64,000 bases of DNA from a virus. The translations under genes and the position numbers were made by a program. Of this stretch, positions 26,019-34,300 are shown one piece after another (position 1 is the stretch's first letter; each line of letters begins with the position of its first letter). The stretch is taken from the IMG/VR virus record IMGVR_UViG_3300017751_000001; one strand, 5' to 3'. The notes beneath the pieces are model-generated. The model was given only the letters and a program-made list of their open reading frames with translations. It was not told where the DNA came from and did not search any database.

Positions 26019-29000
26019 TCAGACGGAGAACAATCTCCAACCGTAGGTATCACCCGAGAAAGCGAGTTCAAATGAAGCCCCTTCAAGATTGACCGTCATA
26101 TCGGAAGTATCACCTTGGATTGGTTTTCCGTTACGTCCAATCACCAAGGCGTTGGAATCAAAGGTCTTAGCAACATCATAGAATCTAATGGTATCTCCCA
26201 GTGCGGGGGTTCCAGGTAGAGTCAGAGTTAAAGTACCACCAGTGGTGTTAACAAAGTACTCCTGACCCGCCGCGACCGCGCCTGAACTCGATACCGTTGA
26301 GTAGGTCTTAAGTCCAGGTTGTGTCCAAATAGATCCATTATAGAACTCAATAGAACCGAGGTCAGTGTTGAATCTTAGAGCACCAGTGTTGAACTCTTCA
26401 TCAACACCACCAGGTCTCTCAGCAGTAGTACCAACTGGTGGTGTCATTGCCTTAGATCCCATTGAACCATGACGGAGGAATCCAGCAACTGCAGCCTCAG
26501 TAGGACATGCGTTGTTAGACATGCCAGACATAGTTTCGTCGGAGGAGAATTCGTTAATCGCCTCACCAACTTGACCACCGATTGCACCCAGTCTCAGTTC
26601 AGTCAAACCAGACAGGTTGAACGCAGAAGCGTCCAAGGTTGCACGACCAGTCAACTGATCAACGGAGAAGAATTGACCGACTCTGAAGTTACCACCTTGG
26701 TCAGTGGAAACAAAGAATACCTTACCAGGACCGAAGATATTAGTCTCATTACCCTGAATAATCTGAGTTTGATCAACATCGGGATAATTGGTTTCTACCT
26801 TGTTACCAGTACCAACACTCAAGAAGTCATGACCTGTTAGGCGACATTGTGAGAATAGAGTTCTAACTGAAACTGTAGAACCTGCACCAGTCACCTCTCT
26901 GGTATCCCATGTTCCAGTAGTCTTCTCTGGAGAGATTGTCAGAGTAGCACGATTTTGATATGTTACCGTTTGAATACCACTAGTTGTGTAATACGTGTAT
27001 GTAGACGCAGTAGCAACATTCGTGACGGTGTTAATGATATAGAATAGATTGTCATCACCGTAAGAGGATGTAGAGAATCCAAGTGCGTCACCAACTAAAA
27101 GCGCAGAAGAAATATTATCAACTTCTAGAATTGTGCCTCTCTGTCCACCAATAGATGAAGTGACACCAGAAACTGTGATAGAACCAACACCAGACTGACT
27201 GTCGCCGCCATCACCGAACCAGACAATCTCACCATCTACGAATCCAGTGGTTCCAAGACCAACCGAACCATAACCAGGATGATACTTGAAGTAAATTCTG
27301 TCTGCAGCGGTTTGATCGTTAATGAACCATCCACGAGCACCAGAGGTTGCACCAAACATGGTAGCACCAATAGACAGAGTACCAGACTTACTTACACCAT
27401 TTACTTCCATCAGAGAACCAAATACTCTTGTTTCTCTTGGGGTCTCTTCTGTAGAGAATCCAGATGCAATAACACCATAATCACCATAAGAGTTGTTACC
27501 ACCAACAGAACGAATTCTAGATCCGCCACCAGAGTAGTATCCCCACTTACAGTAGTAGGTGAAGCAAGAAACAATCTCGGAGATTGCACTCTTATCTAGG
27601 ATATATCCAGCACCATCGGAAGATACCTGGGTGAAGGAGTCAAATACCATTGATTTTGCACCTTCGGAATGGACACCACCATCAGCGAATACGCCGACTG
27701 CACCACCACCGAAGCGACCAAAGTCACTTGCGTTATCAGAGAATACAGTACAGTCCTTAACATAAGGAGACTTATTATTGATTGGTGAATCTGGGTTGAA
27801 GGCACAAACAGTACCAGCAGCAGTTGTTCCAAGACCAGTTCTAATGTTACTATTATCTAGTACGAAAGGTGCGGTAGGATCATAATGGAATCCTTCCATT
27901 CCCTTCATGGACATTGCCTGAAGTGTAGTAGCATCAGACAACTGGAACATCTGAGATCTGTTGTTAGGAGTAACAGTGTCGTCAGAGAAACCAGAAGCAG
28001 GTAGAATCTGAGTACCTCTTAGTGAGTTACCGATAATCGAGGTGAAAGGAGGAACCTTGATTGGCAGTTGCTCATAGAACTGAGAAGCAGACAGTTTCAA
28101 GATAGCAGGAGTTAGGTCAGTTAGATGACCGCCTCTTACATATGTGTGATTGATTGTGGAGATACCAACGTTAGCTCTAATTCTATTGGCATCGATAACC
28201 TGAAGAACCTCAAAGTAAGACTTGGAGACCTTATCGGGATAAACCGTTGTTGTAACACCAACAAACGCAGTACCACCAGAAACATAGAGATAATCAGTAT
28301 TGGAAACACCGACGTTAACTACAATAGAGTTGTTATCGGGAACTGCCTGAACTGGGAACTGGAAAGTAGATGCCTGAGTATGAACTGCAGGGAACTTACC
28401 AGTAATTGTCTGAGAAGAACTTGCAGTACCAACATTAACCGTGATGGTAGTAGTTGTTGCAGCAGTAATCGACAGAGCAGTATTGTATGCGGGATCGGGA
28501 GAACCATCACCAGCAGTTGCTCTTGGATATGCGTGGTCGGTTAGGTAACCGTCCATGGAACACTTGAAGACCAGACCTTCGGTAAGAAGTTTGACCGATG
28601 TACCAACATCAAGTTGATGAACACCGACATCCATTACGATATCGCCAGTTACCTGGTTATATGTTGCACCACCAACTTGGAAGTTGACGATAGGAGAAGG
28701 TCCAACGTTAACTGTGAAAGTGTTTGCAGTAATTGCGTTGATTGAGAGGTTGACGCCGTATGCGGGGTCAGTTGTTCTTGGATATGTCTTATTAGAACTA
28801 CCACCGTCCATCTGACAAGTGAATGTCATTGAGTTGGCATCGAAGCTGATGGTGTCACTAATCGATAGACCGTGAGAACCAACAGTGATCTCCAATTCAC
28901 CACTAGTTGCGGTATAAACAGCGTTTGTTGGAGTTAACTGGGATCCAGAAAGAGTTCCTGTTACAACGTTAACTGCACCCGAAGTAGCAGCCACAAAGTT

Positions 29001-30452
29001 ATGAATGTAGTCACCACCAGTGATGAGGGCATCCTCTTCTGCACTGGAGAACTGGTGATCAAAGTTTGCATTACCAGTGAATGAAATACCAAGATTTCTC
29101 AATCTAACAGTAGCACCAATTCCAATTTCTGGAGCAGCACCAAGACCAATAGCAGTAATAGTTGCAAGACCAACAGCCTTGTTATAGGTCATGCCCAAGA
29201 TGTTGAAGACATTACCACCAGACAGACATTCAAATTCAATCTCAGCCAACTGAACAAACGTACCAACGTTTGCTAGACCGTGACCAGGAGATGTGATAGT
29301 TGCAACACCAGTTGAGGCAGTATACTGGAAGTCAGTGATATTGTTATCAGGACGTGCAGCAGCACAAGCCGCCTTAATTGTCTTAAATGCGAGGTTAGGT
29401 GCAAGACCGTTGTTGGCATCTAGTCCATCTTCGGAGTCAACATAATAGATTCTTGTCTGGTTACCAACAATTTCGTATCCAGGAACTCCATCACTTTGAA
29501 CTGCAAGTGCATAACCAGTAGAACCAATACCGATTCTAGCAGGACCACCGTTATAAGTAAGAATATCACCCTTAGCATTAAGAGCAGCAGATGAGTCACC
29601 AGCAGCTAATGTTTCCCAGTATGTTCCTACACCAGCAATTGGATTAATATTTACGAAAGAAGCACCAACTGAGACATATGAGTTAGATCCATATCTAACG
29701 ACATGACCTGGATGATATGCGAATGTTGTGGAGAAATTACCAACAAAGCTAATGCCTTTGACCAGAAGATCCCAGACAATGTTACCATTATACTGAGCAT
29801 CTCCAACAGTTCCTAGTCCAGCTTGAGTAGGAGAAACATTGGTAGTAATACCAAGTTTGTGGCGATATGTATTACCACCAAACAGAATCATGTCACCTCT
29901 ATAATAGGTGCCTTCCGTATATGTTACTGCAGAACCAGCAAGACCATCGGAAAGGATATTCCACTTGCTACCTGTTCCTAAACCGATGTATTCTGGTGGG
30001 TTAAATCCAGCAGAAGAAGTAGTAATTGCAACATAGGAAGACCCGTTGTAATTAACAACGTCCCCTTGTTGATACTCTTCGGTGTTTTGCCACTCACCTT
30101 CTGCATTAAAACCTGCTACATACTGAACAACCTTCGTCTCATCGATAAATGTACCGACAGAAGTATGTGCAACTGTAACACGATATACTACGTTACCGAA
30201 GGTGACGAGATCGTTTATTCGGTAATACGTATCTGCTGACCAACTACCCCTGTTCTCTAGACCCTCAATATGAAGATTCCAATTACCGAGATCGGTGTAG
30301 AAGTTAGCAGTGCTTCCAGTGGAAGTGTGGTTTGCGACCGCTACATAAGTATTGCCACCAAACTTGGCGATATCGTCAATCAGGTAAGATTTGGAAGGTG
30401 TCCAATTACCCGTCCAGTTGAATTTTACTCTTCCAAGTCTAAACTCAGCCAT
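26019..30452 (-). CDS. Large tail fibre/spike-like protein
   Basis: 1477 aa. N-terminal W....Y...D.V..GG..Y repeats (CBM5/12-like); YVDSEDGLDANNG..AFKTIKAA plus VPPFTSIIGNSLR (start of a pectin-lyase-like beta-helix); C-terminal VNTTGGTLTLTLP..GDTIRFYD domain; GGAG RBS. Confidence 0.75.
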   Translation of the reverse strand: MAEFRLGRVKFNWTGNWTPSKSYLIDDIAKFGGNTYVAVANHTSTGSTANFYTDLGNWNLHIEGLENRGSWSADTYYRINDLVTFGNVVYRVTVAHTSVGTFIDETKVVQYVAGFNAEGEWQNTEEYQQGDVVNYNGSSYVAITTSSAGFNPPEYIGLGTGSKWNILSDGLAGSAVTYTEGTYYRGDMILFGGNTYRHKLGITTNVSPTQAGLGTVGDAQYNGNIVWDLLVKGISFVGNFSTTFAYHPGHVVRYGSNSYVSVGASFVNINPIAGVGTYWETLAAGDSSAALNAKGDILTYNGGPARIGIGSTGYALAVQSDGVPGYEIVGNQTRIYYVDSEDGLDANNGLAPNLAFKTIKAACAAARPDNNITDFQYTASTGVATITSPGHGLANVGTFVQLAEIEFECLSGGNVFNILGMTYNKAVGLATITAIGLGAAPEIGIGATVRLRNLGISFTGNANFDHQFSSAEEDALITGGDYIHNFVAATSGAVNVVTGTLSGSQLTPTNAVYTATSGELEITVGSHGLSISDTISFDANSMTFTCQMDGGSSNKTYPRTTDPAYGVNLSINAITANTFTVNVGPSPIVNFQVGGATYNQVTGDIVMDVGVHQLDVGTSVKLLTEGLVFKCSMDGYLTDHAYPRATAGDGSPDPAYNTALSITAATTTTITVNVGTASSSQTITGKFPAVHTQASTFQFPVQAVPDNNSIVVNVGVSNTDYLYVSGGTAFVGVTTTVYPDKVSKSYFEVLQVIDANRIRANVGISTINHTYVRGGHLTDLTPAILKLSASQFYEQLPIKVPPFTSIIGNSLRGTQILPASGFSDDTVTPNNRSQMFQLSDATTLQAMSMKGMEGFHYDPTAPFVLDNSNIRTGLGTTAAGTVCAFNPDSPINNKSPYVKDCTVFSDNASDFGRFGGGAVGVFADGGVHSEGAKSMVFDSFTQVSSDGAGYILDKSAISEIVSCFTYYCKWGYYSGGGSRIRSVGGNNSYGDYGVIASGFSTEETPRETRVFGSLMEVNGVSKSGTLSIGATMFGATSGARGWFINDQTAADRIYFKYHPGYGSVGLGTTGFVDGEIVWFGDGGDSQSGVGSITVSGVTSSIGGQRGTILEVDNISSALLVGDALGFSTSSYGDDNLFYIINTVTNVATASTYTYYTTSGIQTVTYQNRATLTISPEKTTGTWDTREVTGAGSTVSVRTLFSQCRLTGHDFLSVGTGNKVETNYPDVDQTQIIQGNETNIFGPGKVFFVSTDQGGNFRVGQFFSVDQLTGRATLDASAFNLSGLTELRLGAIGGQVGEAINEFSSDETMSGMSNNACPTEAAVAGFLRHGSMGSKAMTPPVGTTAERPGGVDEEFNTGALRFNTDLGSIEFYNGSIWTQPGLKTYSTVSSSGAVAAGQEYFVNTTGGTLTLTLPGTPALGDTIRFYDVAKTFDSNALVIGRNGKPIQGDTSDMTVNLEGASFELAFSGDTYGWRLFSV

Positions 30453-30470
30453 TGTTTCTCCTTTTAATTA

Positions 30471-30875
30471 TTATTTTGGTCCGATAGAGTTGTAATCATA
30501 ATCTGGTCCATTGAACCTGATGACGAAAAAACCATCATCATCTATGTAATAGTAGAGGTTCCTTCTATCAAAGCGGATCTGTTGATATTTATCATTCGGA
30601 TCATCTAAAGATTTTTTATCCGTAGCGATGTCATTACGAATGACTGACGTTTTACCAACACCAACATCATAAGTACCATAATCAACACCGTCACCAAATT
30701 CTGGAATTGCAGTTCCATCAGTCCGATAAAACTCACCCAATTCCGTAGATGCAGCACTAACTTTAGAGAAGTACAGCATATTCTCCGCATCTCGTCTTAA
30801 TGCGTATACAAAAAATCCAGATGATTCTGATGGTAAAAATTCACCAGAAATTGAATTACTTAGGGTTAGTGCCAT
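30471..30875 (-). CDS. Hypothetical (probable virion) protein
   Basis: 134-aa ORF tightly packed in the structural operon. Confidence 0.7.
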   Translation of the reverse strand: MALTLSNSISGEFLPSESSGFFVYALRRDAENMLYFSKVSAASTELGEFYRTDGTAIPEFGDGVDYGTYDVGVGKTSVIRNDIATDKKSLDDPNDKYQQIRFDRRNLYYYIDDDGFFVIRFNGPDYDYNSIGPK

Positions 30876-30877
30876 GT

Positions 30878-31336
30878 TTAACTGCCTCTATTGTTGAACA
30901 CTTTCCAAAGACTTCCATTCCAAATGAATGTTACAGACGCCCCAGATACATCCATAATAAAAGGTGAACTTTCTCTTACGAGGTGACCGTTCTCAAAAGA
31001 CTTATCCGAAATAATGTTTACTGGATTGATACTCATGAAATTACCAAAATCCTCAATCCAAACCCAGTCACCAACTGCACGAGGAGTTGGTAGGGTAACG
31101 CTCAATCCTGTAGGACTATATGTGGAGTCAACCGTATATTTCTGGTTAGTACCAGTGGTAGTATCTCCAGCAACATAAATCCATCTTGATCTTGAAAGTT
31201 CAAAACCACCAGGAGTTACACCGTCATGGACAACAGCAACATTTTTATCCGTATCAACAGTAATTTCAGCAAGGGCCCCAGTGAAGTTAAAGTGTTCAGC
31301 TGTGGTTCCCTTTCTAAATTGAACCTGTTTTGTCAT
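30878..31336 (-). CDS. Small tail protein with Mtd N-terminal-like domain
   Basis: QVQFRKGTTAEH..FTGALAEITVDTDK..VVHDGVTPGG resembles the major tropism determinant N-terminus. The C-terminal LSVTLP..GDWVWIED resembles the C-terminus of the 1477-aa protein. Confidence 0.75.
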   Translation of the reverse strand: MTKQVQFRKGTTAEHFNFTGALAEITVDTDKNVAVVHDGVTPGGFELSRSRWIYVAGDTTTGTNQKYTVDSTYSPTGLSVTLPTPRAVGDWVWIEDFGNFMSINPVNIISDKSFENGHLVRESSPFIMDVSGASVTFIWNGSLWKVFNNRGS

Positions 31337-31369
31337 GATTCAGAACTCATGAAAGGTATGCTTCTGATT

Positions 31370-31377
31370 TATTTATA
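31370..31377 (-). promoter_or_regulatory. T4-type late promoter TATAAATA
   Basis: Exact consensus 34 nt upstream of the ORF starting at 31336. Confidence 0.8.
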
Positions 31378-31380
31378 AAG

Positions 31381-34300
31381 TTAAATGATAGTAACGTATA
31401 CACGAGCTGGTTCAAACGCAATTGTTTCCGTAAATGAGGCTCCGAAGAAGTTGGCAACACCGATACCGACGTATGTTGTTCTCGCAAATGCTTCGTCTTT
31501 TGTACCAAATCCGAAGAGAGAACCAGAACCAACAACTTCTGGGAAAGTCCTCTTGACGGAAACTCCTCCAGTAAAGTATACAACTCCCGTGCCTGTGTAA
31601 TGTGGAGTGTAATCGACTTCTGGATGAACAAGAGGTGTATTGGAGAATGTAAATGTTCCTGATGTACCAGGATCTTTGTCGTCTCCATAATATCCAAATA
31701 CCTGTATTGGTTTTGTAATACCAACACCAGAAATTGTAGTAATTCCAGATGTGCCTGGATCCCTGTCGTCTCCGTAGTATCCATAAACTTGATTGAGTGC
31801 CGTTTCGGCACTTCCGTCGATGGAGAAGAGGATCGTATCTTCGCCTGCACCACTGACAAATTTCTCTGTTGCAGAACCAGATATTGGAAGAGTTCCTTTT
31901 CCGACGATCTTGAGATCGACCTTGACGATAGATTCGCCAACGAAAGTGAGATCTCCAAATCCAACCTCTGCGGGAGTATAGTCAATCTGTGGGTGAGTGA
32001 GTTCACCAACAATTGTGATAGTTCCAGATGTACCAGGATCTCTATCATCTCCGTAGTAACCGTAGACCTGAATTTCTTTGGTTTTCGCAATTCCTTCGAT
32101 ATCGAAGAGAGCCGTAGTGGTATCCGAAGGAATAACAATCGATTCCGCACCACTGGAGAAGAGACTGAACGTGCCTCCAGTTGCGATAGTAAGAGTAATT
32201 CCAGTAACAACTTTTTCTGTGTTGAAGATGGAAATCGTTCCACCAGTCTCGTTGTCCAGGGAGACTCTTTCTCGTATATCTCCAGAAACTGTAAAGAGGA
32301 CTGTACTTTCTGGAGTCTGGAAAGAACTTGGAGCATCTGTTGTTCCAGATGCAGTAAGTAATCCAGATCCAATATAATCGAAGGTTCTTCTTTCGTATAG
32401 AGCAGAGAACTTGAAGAGTTCTCCCGTTCCAATTTCTCTGAATGTTGCAGCGAGATCGGAATATGCTCCAGAGAAGTATGCAGTTCCAACACCAACATAA
32501 TCTTTGAGGGATCTGATTTCGATTCCTTGCTGAGCAGGAGTAATCGAAATGACTCCAGTCGTTCCAGCTCCAGGATCTCTGTCGTCCCCATAATATCCAA
32601 ATACCTGAATTGGACGAGTCGGGGAGACACCCTTGAAGGTGACTTGACCAGGACCACCAAAGATTGTTCCAGGAGAATAACTTTCGGAAAGACCAGTCTC
32701 TCTTCCAGAACTGATTCCCTGAGCCGCGGTATGAATACCGAGAATATAGATAGTACCATCGGTAAAGATTGGTGCATTGGTACGACCAATAGCCTTACCA
32801 CTAAGAGTAAGAACACCTTGTCCTTTATAATCGGGAAGATATCTGGTAGTGACGATACCAGGACCAGTACCATCTTCATTGAGACCACCACCACTCGCAA
32901 GTGTAAATGCGGTCTCAATACCAATATTTCTCTCAATACCATAATGTGGAGTGAAGTCGATGTCTGGATGATATAGTTCTCCAAACAGACGTTGAGTTGC
33001 CTTTGTTGTTTGACAAGCAAAGGAAAGTCCAGGTCGAACATCTGCTCCACTGAATACATGTAGATAAGTTCCTTCTGGAGGATCCATGGAGGATCTTTCC
33101 AATGCAGAACCAGAGAAGGAAAGAATGCCAGTTCCAATCTCGACAAACCTGACACTCTCGACTCCAATACCAGAGAGATATACAGTTCCAATTCCAACTT
33201 CGGCAAAGGTGACCGATTCGTCTTCGGCTGCACCAGAAACTGCGAAGAGAATTGTATCTTCTGGAGTCTGAGCAATAAACTTCTCTGGGGAAGTAGTACC
33301 AATAAAGTCGAATAGGACGGTATTGCCATCCGAGGTAATAAATCTTTCTTCCGCAGTACCAGAAGGAATAATAGTACCAGAACCATTCCATTGAGGAATA
33401 AATCTGGTGATCGTAAGAGTTGGAGGTTGCTCAATATCAACCTGACCAAACGGTACTCTTGTTAGAGAATCGGTAGTAGCATTGATGAATCCAAAGTCAT
33501 CGTAACCTTGGTTGATATCCTGATCAATAAATCCAGTGTAATTTGGATATAGGTATTGATCATATGCTGGACCACCTGGAATTGGATTTCCTTCGGTGAG
33601 AGTACCAAGATCTTCAGATACGACAGTAGTTCCAAAGTTGACAGGGAACGATTCTGTTTTGTCGAAACTTGGAAGAATACTTGTTCCACCAGTGCTCTGG
33701 TCATAAGTTAGACCGTCACTACTGAACAGTACATCTTGGTCATAAGTGTTCGTCTCATCATCATAGGTTTCAACATCAGATGCAGCACCAGAGAAGTTGA
33801 GACCCATCCCATATGCAGCTGCATTGAGAATTGATCCATAATCTTCATCTTGAGGACCATAGTAGATTGAGGATTCATTGTAACTCTTAACGAAGTCCTC
33901 ATTAACAAGTCCACCACCAATTGTGGTGAGAACAAGATCCATATCAGGATCAATGATCCTGAGGTATGTCTGGAACTCTTCTCTACCTGTACGGAGTGTA
34001 GCACTACCAACACCAGTAACAGTAGGACTGAATACAATATCTGCAGTTCCGCCAACATATACATCACCTGCTGGAGAGGGTGCAACTGATCTTGCTTCTG
34101 CGGAACCAGATAGGAAAGTGAAGTTTCCATCAGTTCCTTGAGGTTCAATGAATGGAGTGACCGACTCACTCGCAGAACCACTAAGAGTAAGTTCACCTTC
34201 GAGACCGAATACTGTACTTTGTGGAGCCTGACTGAACCAGTTGTAACCAAAGATATTGATACCAGCCTTGTAGGTGGCAATACCAGTAATACCAGAAGAT

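Noticed and set aside
31347-33449. 700-aa same-strand ORF overlapping the 1698-aa gene, with further long ORFs in the same frame (33462-33704, 33708-34616, 34656-35231, 35358-35645, 35760-36152)
   Set aside because: It is the +1 shadow frame: its middle codon position is the wobble base of the real gene. Pyrimidine-rich wobble positions suppress stops and give the Leu/Ile/Val/Ser-rich text seen. No motifs, RBS or promoter.
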